DNA of 64,000 bases, taken from NCBI GenBank assembly GCA_964016885.1, contig OZ024743.1, forward strand, positions 317,812,001 through 317,876,000, in the 5' to 3' direction. The notes beneath the pieces are model-generated. The model was not told the origin of the DNA. It did not search any database and saw only the letters and a list, made by a program, of their open reading frames with translations. This DNA comes from Eledone cirrhosa. Its lineage: Eukaryota. The position numbers were made by a program, and so were the translations under genes. Below, piece after piece: positions 38,729-52,899 of the stretch; position 1 is the stretch's first letter, and each line of letters opens with the position of its first letter.

Positions 38729-39354
38729 GGGTTTTATTTCTTTTGATGGAAAACAGTGACCGTACTGCTGAATCGATTTCATAAAACGGTACTGTATGAT
38801 CGTTAAATGTAGAAGGATGATGAAATTGTAAATAAGACAAAAGTATTAGAACAGGGGGAAATAACTCACCGAACGCGATAGTTTTGGAGCCCCAGGGACC
38901 ACAATTTTCAAGTTATAGATTTGAAACCTCGTCTATTTGCTTCCTTGGCACTTTTTACATTGGTGTGTAAATTTTCATGTCAGTCCGACCACGTCTACTA
39001 CCATTTAACCGTGCACATTTGAATTTCAACCACCGCCCATTTCACAAATATATATTAGATATACACTGTACATGAGAGTGTATGTATCTGTGTATCTGTA
39101 AATGTCTTCCAAAGGCTCCGAAACGGTGCATCTTAGAGAAAAACGGTTTTCATTTTCGAAATCTGCGTCCTAGAAGATTGTTTTAGGGTTGTTAATTTCT
39201 GTGCACGCCAAATCCATATACACAGTGGCCAGCAGATGGAGTAGCAGAAACTAATGCATTAGTCCGGGGCCAGAGAATCAAACTCTATACCCACACGAAA
39301 TCATTTTTCTCACTATTTAACGTATAAGTGTGCATTTTTGGTTGGTATCATAAT

Positions 39355-39879
<525 letters not shown>

Positions 39880-40799
39880 CCACATCACTTGCAAACATGA
39901 ATGACAGTCATGCATAATACGTAGATATGCTCACAGACACCAATACTCCCCTCCCCCTATAATACTCACACTCACAATCAAACATACATTTGAAAGTATT
40001 CAGTTTTAATGCTGCATTGTTCTAACGTTGAACAGACATTTTAATTCTACTGGCTTTCTCTTTATAATGGGGCTTGAAATGTCATTGAAATTCTTTCTTT
40101 CAGCCGAGAAGTCATGGCAGTGATATCTGAAACAAGATCATCGTGGGTTTCTTTCTTTTCAGTTCTACAGGCGCTTAAAGATTTTGTCCTATATTTCGTT
40201 GATTTCCTTCTCTCTTTTCTTTCGTCATTTAGCTATTTCTTATCTTTGCTTTTGTATTTGTTTTACAAAATTATTCATGTGAAATCGTGTGTTGAAACAG
40301 ATATCCTTATCAATATTTTTTAATAAACTATCAAAGCATTGAAAAGTTTTGAAATTTTTAGAAAATATAGAAATCCCAAATGCAGAAAATAGCCGAAACC
40401 ACAGTCAAATGGTATTAATAAAAAAGAAAAAAAAACAGCTTAGGGGTAAAATACCCCTCTAGACGGCGAATAGTGACCAGCGATCGCTACAAAGAATCGA
40501 AATCCGTATGCCGTCATTCCGGCTGAGTGTTTTAACCATTAAGCTAAACGATCTCTGATAAACTAATATGTCTAAAATAGAAAGCTATACAAACAACATT
40601 GAATGTAAACAACATTTGGATATAAACTATAAGAGTGTTGGTTAGTTTTTTAAACTTCTACATATAATGTTTCTTTTGGGAAGGTCATGTAAGCCAATAA
40701 AAACACACGCCATGGGTTTCACTGTCGAAGCTTTTTCGTACTCTTGGTCCTCTTCGTATCCTCTTTGTTCTGATCTTGTTATATATATATATATATATA

Positions 40800-41400
40800 C
40801 TAGCCGAATTACACGCGCTTTGTTGCGTTTCACATATTTTTTTGTAAGAAAATGATGATTGATTTTAAATCAGTGATATAATTTATGGAGAAAAACTCTG
40901 CATTTCAATATTACTCAATGTAAAATGTAATGCATGAAAAATTGGAAAACATTATTTTTTGTAATATATCAAATCAAAATTACATTATTAAATCTTATTC
41001 TTATTTTGTTTCTTGTAAATAATTTTTTTAAAAATATCAATTCAAAACTTGATCATTTCATTTTTGTGTAAAGCATTATTTTATTTGGGCTCCCAAAATG
41101 TTCACTATAGGGGGTTTAACCCCCATTAGGTGTCTTAATATTATTGAAATTTGCTGAAATTTTGTGAATAGGCATCATATCTTGTCATTTAGCTATGGTT
41201 TAAATTTCATATAAATCGAGGGGAAAACATTTTCAGCGGGAATTTGTGCCCCCGGGGAACGCTTTGATTAAAATGAAATATACTTATCCAAATACCCTGG
41301 GCAATGTAGTTTCAGAATATGTATGGTTATGGGGGTCTATCTCCAAAACCATAGGAGGGGTTCGTGAACAAACAAACAAACAGACGAACTACAATTTTAT
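40800..41400 (-). mobile_element. Non-autonomous Helitron
   Basis: A|CTAG plus hairpin ACGCGCTTTGTTGCGT at left; ACAAACAAACAGAC..TTTTATAT at right, like the other copies. Confidence 0.6.
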
Positions 41401-41765
41401 ATCATCATCATCATCATCATCATCATTTTACGTCCGCTTTTCCCTGCTTGCAAGGGTGGGACGGGTCCTATTCAGCATCTCTCCACATGTCACGGTCCTT
41501 CGTCATCTCCTACGTGAATTTCAGCGATCTGAGGTCTGCTTTCACCACCTCCGCCCATGTTTTTCGTGGTCTTCCTCTTCTACGTCTTCCTTCTACTGGG
41601 ATTTCTTGGCACTTCTTTACCCAGCGGACATCCTCCATGCGCATCACATGTCCATACCATCTCAGTCTTCTCTCTTGCACACCACAACTTATCCCTCTTA
41701 TACCCAGTTTCTTTCTCAACTCATCTATGCTGGGTCGTTCACGCACATTGACATTGCACATCCAT
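41401..41765 (-). mobile_element. RTE-clade LINE 3' fragment
   Basis: ERRLRWYGHVMRME..GRRRRGRPRKTW, (TGA)n tail; the same 3' end occurs at 57213-57292 (+). Confidence 0.85.
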
Positions 41766-41766
41766 G

Positions 41767-41889
<123 letters not shown>

Positions 41890-41926
41890 CATGGCCTCAG
41901 CCGGATGACTGGAACAGGTAAAAGAG

Positions 41927-41959
<33 letters not shown>

Positions 41960-42093
41960 GTGAGGTTCTTTTTACAAACTGAAAAATAACCGAGGTGTCC
42001 TACACGAGTGAAAGTATAAAGAAAAAAAAGATGAAATCGAAAATGCAGCTGGAGTCTTATTTTTTTTAAAAAATATATATATTTATTTGGTTC

Positions 42094-42129
42094 CTTTACC
42101 GGTTTCGCAGTTCTTCTGCTTTTCAAAAG
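42094..42129 (-). ncRNA. Minimal hammerhead ribozyme, U3-A8 variant (sense copy)
   Basis: Minus strand CTT-TTGAAAA-GCAG-AAGAA-CTGC-GAAA-CCGG-TA-AAG. Confidence 0.75.
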
Positions 42130-42989
42130 TAGAGTTGAGATGGAGGGTCTGTGGTTTTTCTCACATCTGGTTGGTCTCTGAATGTTACTTGTTTTATATG
42201 GAAAAAGTGGCTCGAAATGCCAGGTTTTTCGAGAAGTAATTTGATTGGTTTGTCAATAATTATAATAAATTTTGCGCCAGTTCGCGTTACAATAGTTCTT
42301 CAAATAAGAAGGGGGGGTGTCACAGGTTGTTTTTTCATATATGAGTGTTTGAATTTCTTTTTACTTGAAAAAAAAGGGGCTCACGAAGGCTTTTTTTTTA
42401 AAATAAGCGTAATTTGATTGGTTATAAATGAAATTATGGCTGTCACGTGAACAAGTTTTCATTAAATTTTCGCGCCCTTATTTGGAAATCCATTCTGTAG
42501 CCTTTTTAGAGAATTTTATGATAAGTAAAAGATAATGGTCAAGAGAAATGGGATGGGAGAATTGTTCTGGTTCAGTGAATATGATTAGTTCGCTGGGGTG
42601 TCAGAATTCAGATTTTCTATTGAATAAAGAAAGTAAAGATATGTATGTTTATTTGTGTGCTTGTGTGTGTGTGTGTGTTGTGTGTGTGTGTTTGAATTTC
42701 TTTTTACTTAAAAAAAGGTGGCTCACGAAGGCTTTTTTTAATAAACGTAATTTGATTGGTTACAAATGAAATTTGGCTGTCACGTGAACAAGTTTTCATT
42801 AAATTTTCGCGCCCTTATTTGGTAATCTATTCTGTAGCCTTTTTAGAGAATGTTATGACAAGCAAAAGATAATGGTCAAGAGAAATGGGATGGGAGAATT
42901 GTTCTGGTTCAGTGAATATGGTTAGTTCGCTGGGGTGTCAGAGTTCAGATTTTCTATTGAAGTAAAGATATGTATGTTTATTTGTGTGC

Positions 42990-43031
<42 letters not shown>

Positions 43032-43248
43032 TGGAAGATGATTCTATTAGTAGAAATGGGGGACGGAGTTGTGTGTGTGTGCGAGTATGTTAAGATGGAG
43101 AGAATATATATTTTGTGTGTGTGTATATGTGTGTAGGAAAGTGGTTCTATTAGTAGACATGGGGGAGGGAGTTGTGGGTGTGGGGGTTGTTATGTGTGTG
43201 TATGGGTGTTATGTGTGTGGGAGTATGGTTAGCATGTTAAGATGAAGA

Positions 43249-43299
<51 letters not shown>

Positions 43300-45833
43300 G
43301 TGTGTGTGTGTGTGTAGGAAAATGATTCCTTTAGTAGGAATATTTTTGAATGAACATATTTTCCTTACTTATTCGTATTTGTTCTGTTGTATTGTCAGTG
43401 CAAATGTATATTAAGGTTTATTTAGTTCGGGTTTTTATTTTCTAAAGTAGGTGTTATGTGTGTGTGTGTATGTCATATTATGGTGTTGACGTAATGTATA
43501 TTAAACCATATTTAATGCTGGTCTATATTTTTGAATAAACATATTTTCCTTATTTATTCGTATTTGTTCTGTTGTATTGTTAGCGCAAAGGTAAAATGGG
43601 AAGACTTGGAACTTGCGCAAATGTCTAGATGTGGGCTTAGTGGTATCTGTCTCGTGGTTGGATCTCGTAATTGTTGGCGATGAACTGTCATTCTGTTTCT
43701 GAGTGTGAGTTTAGTTTGTCCTATATAATCTTCATTGAATCCTTTACATTTAATGGCATAAACTAGATTTTTTGATGAGCAAGTGAAGTGATTTTTTACA
43801 GTAAAATTTTGTCCTGATTTAAATGTATACGTGTTGCCTTCAATGAGGTGAGTGCAAGTTCCACAATTAGAGCGATCACATTTTGTTATACTTGGTTGTG
43901 GGTTTGTGGTAGGTAATTTGGCATTGGTGAGTAATGTTTTCAGTGATTTCGGTTGTCTTTTGCTTTTGATTATTTTGTGTGTTTCAAGGGTTTTTTTCAT
44001 TCTTGGGTTTTGTTTTAGTAGTGGGATGTTCTTGTGAATAGTGTTGTAAGCTTCCGCAATTCTTGGGTTGTGTGTTGAGATATATGATAGAATATTGGAC
44101 GTACCTTGAATTTGTTTCTGTTTCCGTAATTCATCAATGCCTATTGCTTTAGCCCTTTCTATTCCATTATTTATTAGTAATAGTGGGTACTCTCTCTCGA
44201 GTAGAATTTCCTTTAATTCTTGAAGTCTTTTATTTCGCGTTTCATAATTGGAGACAATTGTGCAAATTCTTCTTGCTAGGTTAAAAGGAATGTTCGTCTT
44301 CGGTGGTTGGAGGTGATTAGCAGGTATTGTTTGGGATCTGTTGGTTTGTAGTGTATGTCAGTTTCGATATTTGTGTCTTTTTTTAAGATTAAGATGTCCA
44401 GAAATGGGAGTTGATCTTGGCTGTATTCCATTGTGAATTGGATGTGGTTATTGATGCCGTTTATTAAGTTTTTGAAATCCTTCAGTTGGTCGAGTGTGTG
44501 GGACCAAAGAATGAGACAATCATCCAAGTAGCGTTTCCAATTCTCTGATAAGTATTTGTGGAAGTTCAATCCGTATTTTGATTTGGACTGTTCATATATC
44601 TGGACTTCTAAGTATGCCATGACTAAGTTGGCATAAGTTGGAGCGGCTTTTGTACCCATCGCAGTCCCCGATATTTGCTTGTAAGTATTGCCATCGAAAT
44701 CAAAAAAGTTGTTCTGTAAGATGAATTTTAATCCCTCGGTGATGAAGCTTTTTTCTATTCTGTCAGGTATCTCATTGGGATATTTCTCTAGCCAGAATCC
44801 TATTGCTTCTAGCCCGTATTGGTGTGGGATCGTTGTGTAGAGATTCACTACATCGAAAGACACAATAATAGTGTCGTTGTTGACATGTTTGGGGAGGTGG
44901 TTTAAGAGGTCCAGATCGTCTCTTACAAGGCTTGGTATATGTTTGAGAATTGGTTTCAGTAGTATGTCTATAAAGTTGCTCAGTCTGTGTGTTTCACATT
45001 GTGGGCCCGATACAATTGGTCTTAATTTAAGGTCTGTGGGGTATTGTGTGTTCACGCAGGCTGAGGTGGATTGTTTACAGGCATCGTTAATTATTTTACA
45101 CTTGTGGATCTTCGGAAGTCCGTAAAGGTTGCTGGTTTTGTATTCAAAATTTGTTAAATAATCGCGTTCCTTTTTAGTTAGGTCTTGCTGGTATCGATAA
45201 ATCAGTGTGTTTAATCTGGTCATTGTTTTTGATTGCTGGTAGTTTTTTACTCTTTCATAATAATTAGTAATTTCTAAGAGAGAGAACATAGAATTTTTAT
45301 ATTTTTCAGCCTCCATAATGACAACAGTACTTCCCTTGTCCGCTTCCTTAATTATAATGTCCGTATTATTTTTTAGTTCATGGATAATCTCCCATTCCCT
45401 TCGACTTGTGTTGGGTTTGGGTTTAGGTTGCGGTAGTTCATGGTATGGGAAGGTAGCTATGTGGTCACAAAATTTGTCCAGAACTCTGTTTCTACCTTTT
45501 GTTGGGTTGTAGCTGCTTTTATTCCGTACAATTGATTCGTCGTTATTCTCTTTGTCAAAGAATTCCTCTGTGAGACGTAATTTTCTACAGAACTGTGAGA
45601 TATCGTCATTTATCTCATTGGGGTTAGAATATTGTGGTGTTGGTGTGAATTTCAGTCCTTTGGAGAGAAGTTTTACTTGTTGGATGAGAGGTTTGTATTT
45701 GAAAGGTTGATTATTTTCGGTTTTTCCATTGTATTTGAAAGGTTGATTATTTTCACTTTTTCCATATAAAACAAGTAACATTCAGAGACCAACCAGATGT
45801 GAGAAAAATCACAGACCCTCCATCTGAACTCTA

Positions 45834-45869
45834 CTTTTGAAAAGCAGAAGAACTGCGAAACCGGTAAAG
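45834..45869 (+). ncRNA. Minimal hammerhead ribozyme, U3-A8 variant (inverted copy)
   Basis: Identical motif on the plus strand. Confidence 0.75.
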
Positions 45870-45941
45870 GAACCAAATAAATATATATATTTTTTAAAAA
45901 AATAAGACTCCAGTTGCATTTTCGATTTCATCTTTTTTTTC

Positions 45942-46011
<70 letters not shown>

Positions 46012-46015
<4 letters not shown>

Positions 46016-48354
46016 ACGAAGGGTATAAGTAGAAATTAGAAGCATTTAACATAATTGTTAGATGAAATATAACAAGAATAATGATTTTAGTTTATATATG
46101 GTTTACTTCACGTGAATCAATTAAAAAGTACATATAAAAAAGTTACCAAGAGTTGTTAATTTTGTTATTGTTGTTGATGTGAAAACAGCGAGCAAACAGA
46201 TAATGTTGTTGTTGTTGTTGGAGTCCGTGGTAGTAATTCTGAGACCGTAGTAAGAGAGAATAATGATGTGTATACCTCTGAATGGTCTGTAATTGGTTGC
46301 AGACCACCGTGGCTTGTACATGGTCTGTAGTAGTAGGGCTCCAATCTCTCTGTGTGTATCTGTAGACCTCGTGGGGTCTGTTGATAGTGGTGAATCTTTC
46401 ACATAGCTTGTTCTGTAATGGGGTGCTCCGATGTCTCTATTTCTGTAGATCAGTGAATCCTTACATAGTTAGTTGCTAGCCTAATGCTCCGATGTCTCTG
46501 GCTTTTCTGTAGACCTCTGGGGTCTGAAGTTAGTGGTTAATCTTTATATAATTTGTTGTGTATCCTAGCGTTCCGATGTCTCTGTGTCTAAGGTGGGAAA
46601 ATATAGGCTTTATATACCTATCGCTTTCTGTCTCCCACCTTGAGGGGATAGCCAACGCATCAACCTGTTCACACCAAAAGGGTGAGGACCCAGAATTTGA
46701 CCTTGAGGTGTCACCCAAGGTTCAAGGCCCGGTTAGATTTGGCTACATTAGTTCCCTACCCAGATCGATGCAGGAGCAGCGATCGATTATAAAAGGTGTA
46801 GCGGTATCTGATTTCCAGAAGCGTGTCCCAAAACACACAAAATGTGGGTACTGCGCCCGCACTTCGAGTGCAGAGAAATTTGGAGAGAGAAAATATATAT
46901 ATGTATAGAGTATAACTGTGTATGCATGTGTGTGTGTAACATTTAGAAGGAACTGTAAAAATACAAAGTTGTGATCATGTATTTCGAACTGTTGTGTATG
47001 GATGGATGGGTTACGGTATCGGATTACGATATGATAACACAAAGGACTATTTCTCTCGATGTATCACCATACGTAAGATTATCTTCAGTGAGTCGAGGTT
47101 TCTGCTATGACATGAGTGTGTGCAATTTTGAGTTGCGTGCTCAGTGAGTCGAGCGATTAAGTAACCGTGGGTTGATTATCATGTGTTAAATAGCTGTTAT
47201 CGAACCTTGACCAGTTGAAAAGTGATCCCGCAGAGACCCAACCGAATCCAGAATATACCACAGACAAAAACATGTTGGTGTGTGACAAGGAAAATGATGT
47301 GTTTGATGCAAAACGTGTTATTCATACAGGCATATAATACAGTAAAACGAATAAAAAAAATAAAAATGACATTCATATACAACCTGTAAAAAAATAAATA
47401 AATAAATAAAAATAAATATTTTATAATTGTTCTTTAAAAAAAGGTTCGATTTTCTCTTCCCTATGAGATAATTTTCTTGCTAGGAAGCTAGTAGTAATTG
47501 TCTGTTGTTGTTGTTGGAGGTTACGAAGCATGTGAAGTGTTTGGTAACTGTATATTGCTGAGTTTGGCAAATAAAGCCATGATCAGATCAAATAGGCTGC
47601 GTGTTATTTTAATTTTTTTTTTTAAATACCACTTCGTATTTTTTTTTTTTTTTTTTTTAAATCACGTCGGGTTTACGAATTTAACGAAGGGTATAAGTAG
47701 AAATTAGAAGCATTTAACATAATTGTTAGATGAAATATAACAAGAATAATGATTTTAGTTTATATATGGTTTACTTCACGTGAATCAATTAAAAAGTACA
47801 TATAAAAAAGTTACCAAGAGTTGTTAATTTTGTTATTGTTGTTGATGTGAAAACAGCGAGCAAACAGATTATGTTGTTGTTGTTATTTGGAGTCCGTGGT
47901 AATAGTTGAGACCATAGTGAGTAAGAGAGAATAATGATTTGTATACCTCTGAATGGTCTGTAATTGGTTGTAGACCACCGTGGCTTGTACATGGTCTGTA
48001 GTAGTAGGGCTCCAATCTCTCTGTGTGTATCTGTAGACCTCATGGGGTCTGTTGATAGCAGTGAATCCTTACATAGTTAGTTGCTAGCCTAATGCTCCGA
48101 TGTCTCTGGCTTTTCTGTAGACCTCTGGGGTCTGAAGTTAGTGGTTAATCTTTATATAATTTGTTGTGTATCCTAGCGTTCCGATGTCTCTGTGTCTAAG
48201 GTGGGAAAATATAGGCTTTATATACCTATCGCTTTCTGTCTCCCACCTTGAGGGGTAGCCAACGCATCAACCTGTTCACACCAAAAGGGTGATGACCCAG
48301 AATTTGACCTTTAGGTATCACCCAAGGTTCAAGGTGCGGAAAGATTTCGCTACA
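46012..48354 (-). mobile_element. Non-autonomous LTR retroelement (Gypsy-like signals)
   Basis: Direct repeats 46012-46747 and 47680-48354 start TGTAG on the minus strand; PBS 47661-47678 matches the eukaryotic tRNA-Trp 3' end at 15/18; purine-rich PPT at 46748-46762; no ORF inside. Confidence 0.8.
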
Positions 48355-49400
48355 CACACACGAGCTGCTGGTCAAATAATGTTTTATATCAATGGGTTAA
48401 AGACATGTAAAATCAATTAGTGGTCAGTTCTTCAGTCTAAAGTCCCTATGAGTCGCCAAATAATTTTTGTACAAGTTGAAAATATGTATGTATACATATA
48501 TATTAATTATACACATGTACATGTACACACATACATACACTCCCAGATGTATATATGTAGTGAATGTGAAAGACCAAAGGTCATTATTGAAAGTCTCTGG
48601 ATGTGTATATTTCTCAAGGTACTTTATATTTTCTATTGGAGAAGGTAAGAACGATCACTTGCATACTCTATTCTAAATAACATTTATTTAATAACAATTA
48701 TTTTAAAATCCAATTATAACATTCTGTATTAACATTTAGTATTACTGCCTACTGTTAGTAATATGTACAGTATATATACACTTATAATTAGTAAAAAATA
48801 CACATTTTTTTTCAAATTTGATTGCACTATTTTGTTTTCACTTATGCATTTTTTTAAATGTTAATTATTCATTATAAAAATTAAATGATAGCATTCTATA
48901 TGTGGGTGGAGCCCTTTTACCTCCTGGCAACCAATATTTTAGACCCAGTCCGCCACTGCATGCATATTTATGCTTTTTTTCTAGCCAAAAGCGAAAAATA
49001 TGCATATTTGAAAAAGAAATGGCGACTATTCTACTCTCGCCTCGCGTTCAAAAAAAGCATGAATCGTGTTGTACTGCGAACGCACAGATCCGGATTAGAT
49101 ACTGCAAGGCACCCACTTCAACTCTTTAAGAATTCCGACAATCTCCCACGTTTGGACTAGTACCGTATTTATCAATCCAAAAATGGATGAAAGAAAGGTA
49201 ATGTTAACTTTGGAAGGAGGAGGAAGAGAAGGAGGAGGAGGAAGAGAAGGAGGAGGAGGAGGCAGATGTTACTGTCTAAGAACTAGTTATAGAGTTACAG
49301 GTAATAAGAAGACACTAGAATACAGATAACATCTAGTTTGATATTAAAATATGAGAGGGAGAGAGTGTGTATGTGTGTGTGCATGAGATAGTGTACGTGA

Positions 49401-49460
<60 letters not shown>

Positions 49461-51221
49461 CAGAATGAATATCGTCTCTCAATTTTGATGAAAGTATAAA
49501 GAAGGCTAACAGGATGTTTTGACTACAAACACAGACAGACACTCCTCACTTTGTGACTTGAGATATTTAATCAAATATTGGTCATGTTCTTAGTTAAGTC
49601 AATAGATAATCCAATTAGAAAGAAAACTATGTTTTACATACAGGTGGAGAATACAGTCAAATATCATCTGTTTCGACAGGACGTAACTGGCAGGACGGGG
49701 TACGTTCTATTGATACTAGGAGTTGGCCAAGTGAAGTTATGATGTTCATGCCTATCCCAATGCAAACCTGCCAACTTCTAAAAACCCAAACGGGGAGTAG
49801 CATAAAAAAGTGCCCCTAAACGGGGAGAAATGAGGCAAAATGAGGAGATTTTGCATAATGAAAGCTATACCCGTTTTCACAATAGAAGACATCTCTCACC
49901 CACCACAAAGTGGATGGGAGATCTTCCCGTCAGACGGGGAGACTTGACAGGCCAGCTAATGAAAGCAGTGACGTAAATTATATGAAATAACTCTTAAAAG
50001 GAATTGAAACTGGGAACCACGTTTAGCTGTATGATGCTACATTCCTCCCACAGCCCAATTACAGCCAGGTTGTCTGATCCAACATCGTAATACCAGTAAT
50101 TCTTGAGGGAGACGTAGTGGCATGCGGTATTTCCTTGACATTTTAAATCTAATGGATCCCATCTCTCTCCAAGTCTAAACACAGCAAATTTCTTCCAGAG
50201 AAGGGTAGAAAGAGAGAAAGTGATATATAGATAGGAAGAATCGACCCCAGTACTTTTTTTTATCGACTCCGAAAGGATTTGAACTCAGAGAGCAGAGAGC
50301 TGGAATGAATACTGCAAAACATTCTATCCGATGTTCGCCACCTTAACTATAATCTATCAATACACAATAATCAGTAAATTTCCTTTCACTTTGTATATTG
50401 TTAAATTTTCTATTTGATGATTTGTTGTATTAATTAAATATCATGTATGAAGGTCGGCTGTCATCTGTACTGTTAACTCTGTTACTGTACTGTTAACTCT
50501 GGTTGAAAAGGTCAACACACTGACAACCACAATGAATCCCTCGATAAAAACTCCCGAAGTTCTTCCTATCGGCGTATCATTTCTTAGCGGTTCAAGAAAA
50601 AGTGATCAATAAAATACGTACGTCTTTAAAAAAATAAGTACTGGGGTTGATATGATTGTTTAAACTTCTTCAAGGAAGTGTACCAGCATCACTGCATTCT
50701 AATGACTGAAACAATTAAAATAATAACAGAACACAGGGTCCAATGAAGGCACCAAGGCGAGGTCGTTCGGTCTATGATGGCTACAGACAAATTTCCTTCA
50801 AATTCTCCCATACAGACAAAAGAAAAGATGAATGAATGTATTGGGTGAAGCAATCAACCATAATAATACGCATCGTGTATCATCTGTATCTCTATATAGT
50901 TACTTATTTTCTGCGTGTAACATTTTATTAAATAATATAGGGGAAAATGTGAGTATGGTGCAGGTAACTCAGTAGTACTTACCGTATCTATGATACAATT
51001 TCAATAAATATCCCAATAAAATGGATTTCTCTATATTTTTAGAAAAAAAGTTTCTATTGATAAAATATATTGTATATAATATCAACTATGATAATATAAA
51101 ACTTTGGTATAATTAGGTATACCGGTTAAATGAACTGGTTACTTTAACTGCAGGCTTTAAACTTCGTTGACATTTTCTCATTCCTCAGCAGTCATGAATA
51201 ACTTTTAATATGTGTGTGTGA

Positions 51222-51437
51222 AGGTGGTAGATTGGCAGTATCAGTAGAGAATCGTACAATATGGTTTGCGGCATAGAGTTACGGCCCTTTATGTTCTGAG
51301 TTCAAATCCCGCCGAGGTTTGCTTTGCCTTTCATCCTTACGGGGTTGATAAAATAAAGTACCAGTAACACACTGGGGTCGATTTAATCGACTTTTCCTTC
51401 TCTCTCAAAATTGCTGGCCTTGTGCCTAAAGTAGAAG
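51222..51437 (+). mobile_element. tRNA-derived SINE
   Basis: Same family as 9731; further copies at ~52100-52295(-), 52322-52483(-), 58018-58230(+), 58258-58468(+), 50240-50345(-). Confidence 0.8.
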
Positions 51438-51735
51438 CTGTCTGTGTGTGTTTCGAACAATAAAAATAAAAGGCGAAGATTGGTACTTAGTTAATTAGTT
51501 AATTTTTTTCGATCGTTTCAAAAGGTTGATTGATCATGATAAATCGATATATTGACTAACTGATAGGTTTGTGCAATCACATATTAGTCTCGATACTCTA
51601 GATTCATCTCACCGTCTTCCCCAGAAACAATGAACTATAATCTTAATTTGTAAGATATATAAAAACGTGGTCTTCGCCCATATATTTATTCATTTTGTAT
51701 GATTTTACCCACGCAGGACTTTTTTCACATATATA

Positions 51736-51812
51736 CACGGTGTCCCCCAAAATGTATACACATATTTATTAGAATGCTGTTGAAGTGTGTATACATTTTG
51801 GGGGACATCTTG
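51736..51812. mobile_element. Tc1/mariner-type MITE
   Basis: ~27-bp TIRs (..TGTCCCCCAAAATGTATACACA / TGTGTATACATTTTGGGGGACA..) flanked by TA. Confidence 0.7.
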
Positions 51813-52899
51813 TATATATATGTGTGTGTGTGAATACCCGTCAATTTTAACGACGCAGGCCCACTAGCCCTGAACATAATACATTAGGAAAGAAAGCGTG
51901 AATGAATGTTATGATTAGTGTGTGCTGCTCAGGGCAGCCCTTGAGTTTGTGCCCCCTCCCCCCAATATTTCAATACGAGTTTATACAATAGACCCAAAAG
52001 TGCCCCCTCCCCATAAAAATGTCGCTCGGGGTGGATTGCCCTCGCCCTTCCCTAGCTATGCTACGGGTTACGGTTTTAATTCCGTTCAAATAATGGTTTC
52101 TTATATAGGCACAAGGCCAGCAATTTTTTGGAGGAAGGGGAAAGTCGATTATATCGACCCCAGTTCGTGACTGGTACTTTATTTTATCTACCCCATAAGG
52201 ATGAAAAGCAAAGTTACCCTCGGTGGGATTTGAACTCAGATCATAAAGGGCCGTAACTCTGTGCTGCAAAGCATGGCGTCCGACCCTCCACCGCCCCAAT
52301 TCCGTTCAAATAATTTTTTACTTTTGGCACACGGCCAGCAATTACCCAGTACATTACTGGTACTTTATTTTATCGTCCCCGTATGGATGAAAGGCAAAGT
52401 TAACCTCGGCGGGATTTGAACTCAGATCGTAAAGGGACGTAACTATGCTGGAAAGCATGTACGACTCTCTACCGATACTGCCAAAAGGAAATCCTGAATA
52501 TAATACGAGCCGGCATAGCTGTGTGGTTAAAGAGTATGCCTCGCAACCACGTAGTTCTAGGTTCAATTTTGTTGTGTGGAACCTTGGGCAAGTGTTTTCT
52601 AATATTGTTTCGTAGAATTTGGTTGATGAAAACTGCATAACTTCGTTGCATGTCGTCGACGACAGCTCTTTCTAGTTTCCTTATTTTCAATTTTTTCATT
52701 CATGACAGTGCCTTTGGAGGCTGGCAAAGTCAACATTTTTTCTCTTGGTTCTCTCCCTTTATGGAGCCCACCTATTCCTCCTCCTCTCTCTCCCTCCATC
52801 ACCAATCCATCTAATTATCCATCATCACTATCTTTCTACATCTCACCTTTTTCTATACCTTTATACATCTATCAACCACCTCTATACTCTCCCTAATTA

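Larger units (their letters stand above)
41953..45947 (-). mobile_element. Penelope-like element (Neptune-type), 5'-truncated, inverted pseudo-LTR
   Basis: RT 44276-~45680 (KGLKFTPTP, IKEADKG, YGLPKIHK, AMGTKAAP, RYLDD), GIY-YIG 43554-44000; 42015-42209 is the reverse complement of 45754-45947; ~345-bp tandem duplication 42345-43000; (TA)n flanks. Confidence 0.93.

Noticed and set aside
47040-47095. CTGAAGA..GAAA..TC hammerhead-like string on the minus strand
   Set aside because: No stem I pairing around the putative cleavage site
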